A stretch of DNA of 64,000 nucleotides from Gaiellaceae bacterium (GTDB lineage: Bacteria > Actinomycetota > Thermoleophilia > Gaiellales > Gaiellaceae). Under the pieces are notes generated by a model. It did not search any database. It saw nothing but the letters and a program-made list of their open reading frames with translations, and was not told the origin of the DNA. The first letter of the stretch is position 1. Every line of letters starts with the position of its first letter. The stretch covers positions 4,656 to 68,655 of the forward strand of contig DASSCF010000069.1 of assembly GCA_035698025.1 (NCBI GenBank). The letters are read 5' to 3'. The position numbers were made by a program, and so were the translations under genes. Below, piece after piece: positions 1 through 9,900 of the stretch.

Positions 1-195
1 GCGAACGACCTCGCGGAGGCGGCCGGGAGCACGCCGCTGGCCGACGAGCTCCGTGGTGCGGGGGCCTTCAGGGCCGACGTGAGCGGCGCCGGCCCGACGG
101 TCTACGCGCTCTTCCACCGGCGCGAGGACGCCCGCGCCGCCGCCCGCGCGCTCGGGCGTCGCGCGAGAAGCTGGGTGGTCGCACCGGTTTGGTAA
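1..195 (+). CDS. ispE: 4-diphosphocytidyl-2-C-methyl-D-erythritol kinase, C-terminal fragment (5' end outside window)
   Basis: Frame 1 is open from base 1 to TAA 193-195. The motif ...VSGAGPTVYALF... resembles the GHMP-kinase C-terminal motif of IspE. It sits upstream of glmU-prs as in Actinobacteria. Confidence 0.6.
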   Translation, partial: ANDLAEAAGSTPLADELRGAGAFRADVSGAGPTVYALFHRREDARAAARALGRRARSWVVAPVW

Positions 196-205
196 CTTCG
201 TTCGC

Positions 206-562
206 ATGGACACGACGCCGGCGATAGAGGCCCGCGAGCAGGGCTCGGGGCCGTGGCTCGAGGCGCGGAGATTGCGCCTCGCGCTGCTCATCGGCCTCGT
301 CGAGAGCCTTGCCGTCGTGTTCGGCAACTTCGGCTGGTTCTGGGTTCTCGCCGCCGCGATTGCGGCAACTGCCCTCTACATCTTCGTCGGGCGGCGGACG
401 GGCTCGCACTTCCTCCGCGAGGTGCTCTGGATCCTGGCTGCATCACAGCTGATCGCCGTGATCGTCCCGGTCCTCTGGGAGCTCTTCAAGTTCCTCGCCA
501 TCCTCGCCCTCGTCGCGATGGCGGGAATCCTCCTCGTGATCCTGCTGATGGACCGCCGGTAG
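206..562 (+). CDS. small integral membrane protein, unknown function
   Basis: 118-aa ORF with high GC3 and three hydrophobic spans (e.g. FGWFWVLAAAIAATALYIF, LAILALVAMAGILLVILL). The ATG is preceded by TAACTT 7 nt upstream and there is no SD. Confidence 0.55.
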   Translation: MDTTPAIEAREQGSGPWLEARRLRLALLIGLVESLAVVFGNFGWFWVLAAAIAATALYIFVGRRTGSHFLREVLWILAASQLIAVIVPVLWELFKFLAILALVAMAGILLVILLMDRR

Positions 563-584
563 GCGGTCGTATACTCGCTTTCAG

Positions 585-658
585 TGGGGCGTAGCCAAGT
601 GGTAAGGCAACGGGTTTTGGTCCCGTGATCGGAGGTTCGAATCCTCCCGCCCCAGCCA
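585..658 (+). tRNA. tRNA-Gln (anticodon UUG), CCA encoded
   Basis: Cloverleaf folded by hand: acceptor TGGGGCG/CGCCCCA, anticodon stem ACGGG/CCCGT with loop TTTTGGT, T-arm GGAGG-TTCGAAT-CCTCC, discriminator G, then CCA. Confidence 0.9.
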
Positions 659-668
659 TGACGCCCTC

Positions 669-2009
669 GTGACACGCACCCCCATCGCAGCGGTGGTGAT
701 GGCCGCCGGGCTCGGCACGCGCATGCGGTCGACGCGACCGAAGCACCTGCACGAGCTGCTCGGTCGCCGCCTCGTGGACTGGGTGATCGCCTCGGCGCGC
801 GAGCTCGATCCCGATCCGCTCGTCGTCGTGACCTCCCCGGGGACGGTGGCCGAGCTCGAGGGCACCCTTCCGGCCGGCGCCGTGCTGGCCGTCCAGGAGC
901 AGCCGCGCGGGACCGGGGATGCCGCCGCGGCGGCCCGTCCGGCGCTCGAGGGGTTTTCGGGCGACGTCCTCATCCTGGCCGGGGACGCTCCGCTCCTCTC
1001 GGCGGCCGCGCTCGCCGGCCTTCTCGACACACACCGGACCGAGGGTGCGACCGCGACCGTGCTCTCGTTCGAGCCCGACGAGCCCGGCTCGTACGGCCGT
1101 GTCCTGCGCGGCGACGACGGGCGGCTCGTCGCGATCGCCGAGGCCGGCGACGCGACCCCGGAGCAGCTGGCCGTGCGCGAGGTCAACTCGTCGGTCTACA
1201 TCGTCGACGGCGAGGCGCTCTGGGGCGCTCTCGACCGGCTCGACACCGACAACGCCCAGGGCGAGCTCTATCTCACGGACGCGGTGCGACACCTTGTGGA
1301 TGACGGGCGGCCCGTCGCGGTGTACCGTGCGGAGGACCCCCGTGTTGGCGAAGGCGTGAACACCCGGGCCGATCTCGCTGCCGCCGGCGCGCGGCTTCGC
1401 GACCAGATCGTCGCCTCCCACCTGGAGGCCGGTGTGACCATCGTCGACCCGGCCACGACGTGGATCGAGCCCGATGTCTCCATCGAGCCGGACGCGGTCA
1501 TCCATCCGTTCACCGTCCTGCGCGGCCGCACGGTCGTGCGGCGCGGGGCCGAGGTGGGCCCGCACGCGGTGGTCGACGAGGCCGAGATCGGCGAGGACGC
1601 GCTCGTGGGACCGTTCTGTTACCTTCGCCCCGGAACGGTGCTGGCCGCGCGTGCCAAGGCCGGAACCTTCGTGGAACTGAAGAAGGCGCACATCGGCGAG
1701 GGGGCGAAGGTGCCTCACCTCAGCTACCTCGGCGATGCCGAGGTGGGCGAGGGCACCAATGTGGGCGCCGGAACGATCACGGCCAACTTCCCGCACCAGC
1801 CGGGCCGTGAGAAGGGCAAGACGACGATCGGCAAGAACGTCAGGACCGGCATTCACAATGGTTTCGAGGCTCCAGTGACGATCGGAGACGGTGCATGGAT
1901 CGGCGGCGGCTCGTACATCACCGAGGACGTGCCGCCCGACTCGCTCGCCATCGCACGGGCACGCCAGGAGACCAAGGAGGGCTACACGCGTGGAAAGCGG
2001 AACGACTGA
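669..2009 (+). CDS. glmU: bifunctional UDP-N-acetylglucosamine pyrophosphorylase / glucosamine-1-phosphate N-acetyltransferase
   Basis: 446 aa. The N-terminal motif AAVVMAAGLGTRMRS..PKHL marks the nucleotidyltransferase domain; the C-terminal left-handed beta-helix hexapeptide repeats (IGEGAKV..LGDAEVGEGTNVGAGTIT) mark the acetyltransferase domain. Confidence 0.95.
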   Translation: MTRTPIAAVVMAAGLGTRMRSTRPKHLHELLGRRLVDWVIASARELDPDPLVVVTSPGTVAELEGTLPAGAVLAVQEQPRGTGDAAAAARPALEGFSGDVLILAGDAPLLSAAALAGLLDTHRTEGATATVLSFEPDEPGSYGRVLRGDDGRLVAIAEAGDATPEQLAVREVNSSVYIVDGEALWGALDRLDTDNAQGELYLTDAVRHLVDDGRPVAVYRAEDPRVGEGVNTRADLAAAGARLRDQIVASHLEAGVTIVDPATTWIEPDVSIEPDAVIHPFTVLRGRTVVRRGAEVGPHAVVDEAEIGEDALVGPFCYLRPGTVLAARAKAGTFVELKKAHIGEGAKVPHLSYLGDAEVGEGTNVGAGTITANFPHQPGREKGKTTIGKNVRTGIHNGFEAPVTIGDGAWIGGGSYITEDVPPDSLAIARARQETKEGYTRGKRND

Positions 2010-2031
2010 GCTGGCGCTACCGGGCCTCGAC

Positions 2032-3060
2032 GTGACGCCCGAGCACAAGCCTCAACCGCACGGCGAGCGGGGCCGCTGGATCGAGCGCGGGCCCTCTGGG
2101 AAGCTGATGCTCTTCTCCGGCCGGTCGCACCCCGTCCTGGCCCAGAAGATCGCCGACCAGCTCAACATCGAGCTCGGCGACGTGAAGCTCAAGACCTTTG
2201 CGAACGGCGAGACGTATTGCCGCTACCGCGAGTCCATCCGCGGCGCGGACGTCTTCCTCGTCCAGGCCTGCCACGGCAAGTACACGAACGACCATCTGCT
2301 CGAGCTCCTGATCATGATCCAGGGTGCGAAGCTCGCCTCAGCGAACCGGATCACGGCCGTCATGCCCTGGTTCCCCTACTCGCGCCAGGACAAGAAGTCC
2401 TCGCCGCGCGAGCCGATCACCGCGAAGCTCCTGGCCGACATCCTGGACGCCGCCGGCGTCGACCGCGTGCTGACGATGGATCTCCACGCCGGCCAGATCC
2501 AGGGCTTCTTCCGCATCCCGGTCGACCACATGACCGCGCTGCCGCTCTTCGCGCGCTACTACCGCGAGACGCTCGGCCTCCACGGCGACGGTGTCGTCGC
2601 GGTCTCGCCGGATCCGGGCCGCGCGAAGATGGCGACGAAGTTCGCGCAGATGCTCGACGCCGACTTCGCGCTCATGAACAAGCAGCGCCCCGCCCACGAC
2701 GTCGCCTCGGTGACCGAGGTCGTCGGCGACGTGCAGGGCAAGGTCGCGATCATGAGCGACGACATCATCGTCACGGGCGGGACGCTCGTCGCCGGCGCGC
2801 AGGCCCTGCTCGCCGCGGGTGCGACCAAGGTCTACGCCTGCGCGACGCACGGGCTCTTCCCGGACGACGCGCTCGAGAAGCTCGCCGAGAGCGAGCTCAC
2901 GGGCATCGCCGTCACGGACACGGTTCCGGCCGACGAGCTCCGCCGGCCCGAGAAACTGACGGTGCTCCCCGTGGCGGGCCTCCTGGCGGAGACGATCGAG
3001 AACGTCTTCTCGGACGAGTCGGTCTCGGCGATCTTCGCGGGCGAGAACCAGCTCTTCTAG
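2032..3060 (+). CDS. prs: ribose-phosphate pyrophosphokinase
   Basis: Motifs KLMLFSGRSHPVLAQKIA..., ITAVMPWFPYSRQDKK and DLHAGQIQGFF, plus the PRPP loop MSDDIIVTGGT. The start is set at GTG 2032 after the glmU stop; ATG 2107 is the alternative. Confidence 0.9.
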   Translation: MTPEHKPQPHGERGRWIERGPSGKLMLFSGRSHPVLAQKIADQLNIELGDVKLKTFANGETYCRYRESIRGADVFLVQACHGKYTNDHLLELLIMIQGAKLASANRITAVMPWFPYSRQDKKSSPREPITAKLLADILDAAGVDRVLTMDLHAGQIQGFFRIPVDHMTALPLFARYYRETLGLHGDGVVAVSPDPGRAKMATKFAQMLDADFALMNKQRPAHDVASVTEVVGDVQGKVAIMSDDIIVTGGTLVAGAQALLAAGATKVYACATHGLFPDDALEKLAESELTGIAVTDTVPADELRRPEKLTVLPVAGLLAETIENVFSDESVSAIFAGENQLF

Positions 3061-3190
3061 AACGGAGTCGTCGGAGCGGCGGCGTTGCCGTCCGCAGGCC
3101 TTGCGAAATCCCTGCGCAGGAGTAATCTGAGGACGGGACAACGCCCTCTAGGCGTCGGGGGACGCGTCTCTCTGCGGTTCGGAGAACGCG

Positions 3191-3412
3191 ATGCAGCTCA
3201 AGCGAACCAGGCGACCCAGCCGCCAGGATCGGCTCCCTGCGGGCCACGACGACCCGTGGGCCGGCGAGGACGCCGACTGGGAGTGCGACGACGATCTCCG
3301 CCGCGAGCCCTCGACCGAGTTCATGCGGTTCTTCCGCGGGACCGCGCTCGCTGTGATCGTCGGCCTCGCCGTCTGGGCCGCCGTGATACTGCTGCTCCTC
3401 TCTGCCGTCTGA
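3191..3412 (+). CDS. hypothetical small protein with C-terminal TM helix
   Basis: 73-aa ORF with high GC3. GGAGA lies 5 nt upstream of the ATG. The C-terminal hydrophobic segment is ALAVIVGLAVWAAVILLLL. Confidence 0.45.
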   Translation: MQLKRTRRPSRQDRLPAGHDDPWAGEDADWECDDDLRREPSTEFMRFFRGTALAVIVGLAVWAAVILLLLSAV

Positions 3413-3457
3413 GGAAAGCCCCCGGTTTGGGGGTGCCCGAACCGGTGTCCGCAGCCG

Positions 3458-3694
3458 ATGAATACAGCTCAACTGCGGCCCCTCAGAATCCGAATCTCAG
3501 ATCCCTCGTTGCGCGAGGAGCTCAGCGTGCATTACGCGCGCTCGGGCTTTGCCGTGCGCCCGGTCGGCGACCGGGAGCTCGACGTGGAGCGGACCGACGC
3601 GCCCGACGAGGAGCAGGCCCGCAGGGAGATCGAGACCCATCTTCTCGTCTGGGAGCTCCTGCGCCCGGACGCTCCCGCCGAGATCGTCGCCTGA
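3458..3694 (+). CDS. hypothetical small acidic protein
   Basis: 78-aa ORF filling an otherwise empty gap. GC3 is high after the first ~15 codons. I recognise no motif. Confidence 0.4.
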   Translation: MNTAQLRPLRIRISDPSLREELSVHYARSGFAVRPVGDRELDVERTDAPDEEQARREIETHLLVWELLRPDAPAEIVA

Positions 3695-3698
3695 TCCG

Positions 3699-4097
3699 CT
3701 AGCGCAGGCGCGCCAGCTTGGCCGGAGCCGCCCGCCTGGCCGAGACCGGGTTCGACGCCGTCGCGAACTTCGCCAGGCAAGCCCGCGTCCGCTTCACGCC
3801 CAGCAGGTAGGCGTCGCTCGGCTGCGGGTTTGCATTGCCGTAGTCGAAGTCGAGCGCATTGACCGGCAGGACGTCGGGTACGAGCACCTCGATCTGCCCG
3901 TTCCCCTGGTCTGCGAGGTCGGACTCGATCTCGGAGTATGCGTAGTCCCCGAACGAGTACACGGGGTACTTCTGCAGACAGTTGAGCTTCTCGGTGAGCA
4001 GCGCCACCTTGTGCGCGAGCGTGTGGTTGGCCTGCGCAGGGGCGGCGGCCGCAAGTGCGGTCGCTGCCGCCAGCGCGAGCAACGCCTTCCTGTACAT
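3699..4097 (-). CDS. secreted protein, unknown function
   Basis: The internal ATG at 4097 is preceded by GGAGGAAG. The signal peptide is MYRKALLALAAATALAAAAPAQA and the mature part has two Cys. The upstream part of the 153-aa ORF was trimmed. Confidence 0.6.
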   Translation of the reverse strand: MYRKALLALAAATALAAAAPAQANHTLAHKVALLTEKLNCLQKYPVYSFGDYAYSEIESDLADQGNGQIEVLVPDVLPVNALDFDYGNANPQPSDAYLLGVKRTRACLAKFATASNPVSARRAAPAKLARLR

Positions 4098-4418
4098 CTG
4101 GTCTTCCTCCCCGGAGTTGTCCCCTAGAGCCGAAGCGTCGCAGGCTCCGGCGGCCGCCACAAGTCCAGAAAACGCCGAGCGGCCCGTCGGGCCGCTCGAG
4201 GGGTGTTGCCGCCGCTATTTCAGGCCGGCGATGAGAAGACGCCGCCCGAGGTGGGGCTGAGGGAAGTTCCGGATCTTGATCCGGAGGAGATCCGCAGACA
4301 TACGATGCCGCCTTTCGTTGCTGCAGTTGGGTGGTACGCCAAGAAATGTTTCGGATGTCCCGGCCGGGGGCGGCATCCCTGAAACGTGGGATCGGCGCGA
4401 GGATCGCCAAAGTGGGGG

Positions 4419-5066
4419 ATGCCCGGAACGGTCCAGGCCGCCATCGTCTGCTCATGCCGCGAGGCTGTGACTGAACGAGACGATCTCACTCCCGACAAGC
4501 CCGCCCGGCCTCCGCGGCGGCGCGGACGGCGGCGGCGCAAGCCCGGCTCGACACCTTCGGCCCCGGCCGGCGGCCTGATCCCGCCCGTCATCAAGGTCGA
4601 GATCCAGAACATCGAGCGGCTCGCCGGCTCCCGTGACGATTCGCAGGTGGCCGAGCGCGAGGCGAAGGTCGCCGCCGCGACCCGCGAGCTCGAGGAGCGC
4701 GAGGCGCGCCTCGCGGCCAGCGCGGTCGAGCTTCGCGAGCGCGAGCGCCGTGTGAGCGAGCTCGAGGAGACGTTCGGCCCGGCCGCGGACGCGCTCGAGT
4801 CCCGCGAGAGCATCGAGCGGCGGGAGCGTCGCGTGCGGGAGCTCGAGACGAGCCTGCGCGACCGCGGCCAGGACCTGGAGCAGCGCGAGAACGACCACGA
4901 GGCCCGCAAGGCCGTCGTCGAAGCCGACCTCGAGATGCGCGAGGAGGAAGTCGAGCGGCGCGAGGACTTGCTCGCCATCCGGGAGGAGCGCCTCGAGGAG
5001 CGCCAGCGCGAGCTCGGCGTCTACGTTTCCCAGCTCCAGAGCCGCTTCCAGCCCCAGCCCGGCTAG
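4419..5066 (+). CDS. Arg-rich N-terminus / E-R-rich coiled-coil protein, unknown function
   Basis: An RPPRRRGRRRRKPG patch is followed by ~150 aa of heptad-like ELEEREARL / RERERRVSELEE / RRERRVRELE segments. The start is uncertain (GTG 4386, ATG 4419 or GTG near 4466). Confidence 0.5.
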   Translation: MPGTVQAAIVCSCREAVTERDDLTPDKPARPPRRRGRRRRKPGSTPSAPAGGLIPPVIKVEIQNIERLAGSRDDSQVAEREAKVAAATRELEEREARLAASAVELRERERRVSELEETFGPAADALESRESIERRERRVRELETSLRDRGQDLEQRENDHEARKAVVEADLEMREEEVERREDLLAIREERLEERQRELGVYVSQLQSRFQPQPG

Positions 5067-5105
5067 GCTCGTCGGCCTCCGCGGCTTCGCTACACTTGCC
5101 GGCCG

Positions 5106-5807
5106 ATGGCCGGCGAACGGATCCAGCTGGGTGTAAAGGCACGCGAGACCGCGGGGAGCGCGGAGTCCCGCCGCCTGCGCGCGGCCGGAATGGTTCCGGG
5201 CGTCCTCTACGGCGCGGGCAAGAAGGCACATCCCTTCACCGTCGAGGAGCGCGAGCTTCGCCGCGTGCTGACCGGCGACCACGGTCTTCACGCGATCCTG
5301 GACGTCGTCTTCGACGGTCAGAAGACCGCGCACCACGCCGTGCTCAAGGAGTACCAGCTCGACCCCGTCCGCCCGCGCCTCCTGCACATCGACCTCCACG
5401 AGGTCCGGCTCGACCAGGCGATCCAGGCCCAGGTGGCCGTCGAGCCCTTCGGCGAGTCGGCGGGCGTGAAGGAGGGCGGCGTGCTGACGCTCGTCCTGCG
5501 CGAGATCAACGTCGAGGCGTTGCCGATGGAGGTGCCCGACCGCTTCGAGGTCGACATCACCGAACTGGCCATCGGGGACAGCCTGAGAGTCGGCGACATC
5601 AGGCCTCCGGAGGGCGTGACGATCCTCGACGACCCCGAGGCCGTCGTGCTCAACGTGACGCCGCCGACGAAGATCGAGGAGCCCGAGGTCGAGGAGGCCG
5701 AGGAGCTCGAGGAAGGCGAGCTGCCTGAGGGCGTCGAGGCCGAGGAAGGCGCCGAGCCCGAAGCCGAGGGCGAGTCCGCCGAAGCGGAGCCCGACGAGAG
5801 CGAGTGA
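5106..5807 (+). CDS. rplY: 50S ribosomal protein L25 / general stress protein Ctc, with long acidic C-terminal tail
   Basis: The L25 N-domain shows LGVKARETAGSAESRRLRAAGMVPGVLYG. The Ctc-type C-domain is followed by an E-rich tail. It lies immediately upstream of pth. Confidence 0.9.
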   Translation: MAGERIQLGVKARETAGSAESRRLRAAGMVPGVLYGAGKKAHPFTVEERELRRVLTGDHGLHAILDVVFDGQKTAHHAVLKEYQLDPVRPRLLHIDLHEVRLDQAIQAQVAVEPFGESAGVKEGGVLTLVLREINVEALPMEVPDRFEVDITELAIGDSLRVGDIRPPEGVTILDDPEAVVLNVTPPTKIEEPEVEEAEELEEGELPEGVEAEEGAEPEAEGESAEAEPDESE

Positions 5808-6406
5808 GGCTCTTTCGACGGGGCGAGCAGGCCTCGTCGCTCGATCTGCTCGTCGCGGGGCTGGGCAACCCCGGCAAGGAGTACGCCCGCACCCGGCACA
5901 ACCTCGGGCACATGGTCGTGGACGAGCTCGCGCGGCGGCACGGCGGGTCGTTTCGCTCCAAGTTCTCGGGTGACCTCACCGACGTTCGTCTCGACGGCGC
6001 CCGAGTCGCGCTCCTGAAGCCGCAGACGTACATGAACGAGTCGGGACGCTCGGTGGGGGCCGCGACGCGCTTCTACAAGCTGCCGCCGGAGCAGCTCCTC
6101 GTCGTGCACGACGAGGTCGACCTCGAGCTCGGCCGCCTCCAGGCGCGGGCCGGAGGCGGGCTTGCGGGCCACAACGGCCTTCGCTCGCTCGGGCAGCACC
6201 TGGGCACGCAGGACTTCCTGCGCCTCCGCATCGGGGTCGGCAGGCCGGAGCGCGGTGACCCGCGGCCGGTCGCCGACTGGGTCCTTTCGCCGTTCGACGA
6301 CCTCGTCGACGTCGAGGCGCTCATCTCGCGCGCGGCGGACGCCGTGGAGACGATCGCGCGCGACGGCGTCGAGGAAGCCCAGCAGCGCTTCAACGAGCGC
6401 CCGTAG
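5804..6406 (+). CDS. pth: peptidyl-tRNA hydrolase
   Basis: Motifs LLVAGLGNPGKEYARTRHNLGHMVVD and GGLAGHNGLRS. Its GTG start forms a GTGA overlap with the L25 stop. Confidence 0.92.
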   Translation: MRLFRRGEQASSLDLLVAGLGNPGKEYARTRHNLGHMVVDELARRHGGSFRSKFSGDLTDVRLDGARVALLKPQTYMNESGRSVGAATRFYKLPPEQLLVVHDEVDLELGRLQARAGGGLAGHNGLRSLGQHLGTQDFLRLRIGVGRPERGDPRPVADWVLSPFDDLVDVEALISRAADAVETIARDGVEEAQQRFNERP

Positions 6407-6645
6407 CCGGCACGAAGTCGTCACCGTCTCGCGTGGCACGCGCGCGGAGTTCCGCGATAGCGTGAAGCCAGGGGCGCCCCGGGGAAATAGACGCGCGACG
6501 GCCACCTGACACATGAAGGCGGGCCGCCCCCGCTGGGAGACGACCCGCCGCAGATGCTCCGCGCGCCGTAGCGGCCCGACGCCGGTGCTGATCACTCATT
6601 TCGGCAGAACGCGCCCGCGACCTTAGCCCTGCGACGGGTGAGAAG

Positions 6646-6873
6646 TCAGCCGCGAAGCGCGGCGGGGAGGTGCTCCTCGTCGATCCGGACGCGCACGATG
6701 AGCCCTCCGCCGAGCGCGCGGCCGTACTCGACGCGCATCGCCTCCGCAGGCACGCCTGCGAGGGTGTCGGCATGCTCCGCGCGCCAGCGCCGGAACGCCT
6801 CGTCCGCTTCGGGCGGGTCGAAGGACGCAACCAGCTTCGGGCGGTTTCCGATCGGGCGCAGCTCGCCGGCCAT
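6646..6873 (-). CDS. hypothetical small protein (75 aa)
   Basis: This is the C-terminal part of the 360-aa ORF 6646..7728. ATG 6873 has TACGAT 7 nt upstream, GC3 is high, and it fits the gap between pth and mfd. Confidence 0.4.
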   Translation of the reverse strand: MAGELRPIGNRPKLVASFDPPEADEAFRRWRAEHADTLAGVPAEAMRVEYGRALGGGLIVRVRIDEEHLPAALRG

Positions 6874-6942
6874 GGCGGGGATCGTAGAGCTTCGCGCCGC
6901 GGATACGATGACCCCGGCGGAACGCAGATTCCGCCAGTCGTC

Positions 6943-9900
6943 ATGGACCGGCCGACCAGCACACGCGCACCTACCCTGATCCCAATCGCCCGCGTGGTCG
7001 CGGAGGGCGACCGGATGCGCGAGCTTCTGGACGACCCGGGCGAGACGCGCGTCTCCGAGCCGATCTTCCCGCTCTTTCTCGCCGCGCTGCATCTCGCGCG
7101 CGGGGGGCCGCTCGTCGTCGTCCTCCCGGACGACGCGCAGGCGCGCGACGCGGCGGAAGGGGCCTCGTGGTTCCTGGGCGAGGAGCGGGTCGGTCTCTTC
7201 GCCTCGCGCGGAGTCCGCTGGGGAAGCGGCCTCGAGCCGCCGCCCCACCTTGTCGGCGAGCGCGCCCGCGCTCTGGAGGTGCTCGCCGCCGGCGGGCTCG
7301 TCTGCGCCTCCGCGGTCGGCGCCGCGGAAGGGATTCCGCCGGAGAGCTCGCGGCCCGAGCCGATCGTCCTGCGCGCCGGGGACGAGCCGGGGGTCGAAGG
7401 GCTGGCCGAGCACCTCGCCCTGGCCGGGTACGAACGGGTCTCGCAGGCCGAGGAGCGCGGGCAGTTCGCCGTGCGAGGCGGCCTCGTCGACGTCTTCCCC
7501 TCCACGGGCCGGGAGCCGGTGCGCGTCGAGCTCTTCGGCGACGAGATCGAGTCCCTGCGCGCCTTCTCGCCCTTCACGCAGCGCACGCTCCACGAGCTCG
7601 ACGAGGCGACCGTGTACCCGGCGGCCGAGCGGATCGCCGGCGACGAGGAGCCGACGCTCGTCGACGACGAGGCCGGCGAGACCGCGCCCGTCCCCGGCGA
7701 CCTCGTGGCGCCGCTCCCGACGCCTCACGTGGTCTGGGACGCCGGCGAGGTCGAAGAGGTCGTCCGCGAGGAGCTCGGCGCCACGCTCGCGCTCGGGGAC
7801 GCCCTGCTCGTCTCACAGCTTCCGGCCGGGCAGCGGCACTCGTTCGAGGCGCAGCGGCCGGCCGTCGCCGCCCGCGGGCTTTCGGAGGCTGAGCGCGACC
7901 TACTCGCCTTCGTGCGCGGGGGAAACCGCGTCGTCGTCACCTTCGCCCATCTCGGCGAGGCCCTGCGGACGAAGGCGCTGCTCCGCCGCGTCGAGGCGGT
8001 CGTGGTCGAGCCGGGCGACGAGCTCCCCGACGAGCCCGGACTCGTCTTCGCCGTCTCGCCCGCACGCCGCGGCTTCGTCCTGCGCGAGCTCGGCATCGCG
8101 CTCCTTCCGGACACGCAGGTCTTCCGCAAGCGCCCCCCGCGCGCCGACGTCCGGGTCGGCCGCGCGCTCCAGAGCTTCGCCGACCTGCGCACCGGCGACT
8201 ACGTCGTGCACGAGGACCACGGAGTCGGACAGCTGCTCGGGTTCGAGACGAAGACCGTCGCCGGCGTCACGCGCGACTACCTCTTCCTCGCCTTCCGCGG
8301 CGACGACCGCCTCTACGTCCCGCACGAGCAGATCGCCAAGGTCTCCCGCTACGTCGGGGCGAACGGGCACGCTCCCGCGCTTTCGAAGCTCGGCGGGAAG
8401 GCCTGGCAGAACATCAAGAACCGCGCGCGTGCGGGCGCGCACGAGCTGGCCGGCGAGCTGCTCGCCCTGTACGCGCAGCGCCAGCGCGCCGAGGGCATCG
8501 CCTATGAGGCCGACAACGAGCTCGTCGAGCGCCTGGAGGCAAGCTTCCCTTTCGAGGAGACGCCCGACCAGCGCGTCGCCATCGAGGTCGTGAAGGAGGA
8601 CCTCGAGTCCGCCCGGCCGATGGACCGCCTGGTCGCCGGGGACGTGGGCTTCGGCAAGACGGAAGTCGCGGTCCGCGCCGCCTTCGTCGCCGTCGCCAAC
8701 GGCAAGCAGGTGCTCTTCCTCGCGCCGACCACGATCCTGGCCCAGCAGCACTGGAACACGTTCCGCGAGCGCTACCGGGACCTGCCGGTCACCGTCGAGC
8801 TCGCCTCGCGCTTCCGTAAGCCCGCCGATGTGAAGCGCGTGCTCGCCGAGTTCGCCGCAGGAAAGGTCGACGTGATCGTCGGGACGCACCGCCTGCTCTC
8901 CCGCGACGTGGTTCCCAAGGATCTCGGCCTGGTGATCGTGGACGAGGAGCAGCGCTTCGGCGTCGCCCAGAAGGAGCTGATGCGACAGCTGCGGCTCGAG
9001 GTCGACGTGCTCGCGCTGTCGGCCACGCCCATCCCGCGCACGCTGCACATGTCGCTGGCCGGCCTGCGGGACATCAGCGTCATCGAGACGCCGCCGCAGG
9101 GGCGCCGGCCCATCCGCACGCACGTCGGCGAGTACGACGAGGAGCTCGTGCGCGAGGCGCTCCTGCGCGAGCACCGGCGCGAGGGACAGTCGTTCTTCCT
9201 CCACAACCGCGTCGAGACGATCGAGGACGCAGCCGAGCACCTGCGCCAGCTCGTCCCCGAGCTCCGGGTCATCGTCGCGCACGGCCAGATGCCGGAGCGC
9301 GAGCTCGAGGGCCACATGCTCTCGTTCCTCGCCGGCGACGCGGACGTGCTCGTCTCGACGACGATCATCGAGTCAGGCCTCGACATCCCGCAGGCGAACA
9401 CGCTGATCGTCGAGCGCGCGGATGCCCTGGGGCTGGCCCAGCTCTACCAGATCCGAGGGCGCGTGGGCCGCAGCGACGAGGTCGCCCACGCCTACCTCTT
9501 CTATCCCGACGGCCAGGAGCTGACCCCGGAGGCGCGGGCGCGCCTTGCGACCCTTGCCGACCACACCGAGCTCGGCAGCGGGTTCGCCATCGCCATGCGC
9601 GACCTCGAGATCCGCGGCGCGGGCAACCTCCTCGGCGCGGAGCAGTCGGGCCACGTGGCGGCGATCGGGTTCGAGCTCTACGTCGAGCTGCTGGGCGAGG
9701 CGGTCGCCGAGCTCTCGGGCACCCGGCGCGCGGTCGCCCGCCCGGTGCGCGTCGACGCCCAGGTGGACGCCTACGTCCCGACCGACTACATGCCCGCGGA
9801 GGCGCAGAAGATCGACCTGCACCGCCGCCTCGCGCTCGTCGAGTCCGAGGACGAGCTGCGGGAGCTCCACGCGGCGACCGAGGACCGCTTCGGCCCCGTG

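Noticed and set aside
486-2048. 520-aa ORF antisense to glmU
   Set aside because: It is an Arg/Gly/Ala-rich translation with no motifs. The opposite strand encodes a complete, motif-rich GlmU. Long antisense ORFs are expected when stop codons are rare in very GC-rich DNA.
4590-5040. Recurrent GAGCGCGAG / CGCGAGCTCGAG-like strings considered as a DNA repeat array
   Set aside because: They are the codon-level reflection of the E/R-rich coiled-coil protein (ELEERE, RERERR) and lack fixed unit length or spacers.
6407-6645. 240-bp gap after pth examined for an ncRNA or riboswitch (contains the palindromes GGGGCGCCCC / CCCCGGGG)
   Set aside because: I could fold no recognisable conserved RNA motif or terminator by eye. 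The palindromes are too short and loopless to interpret.
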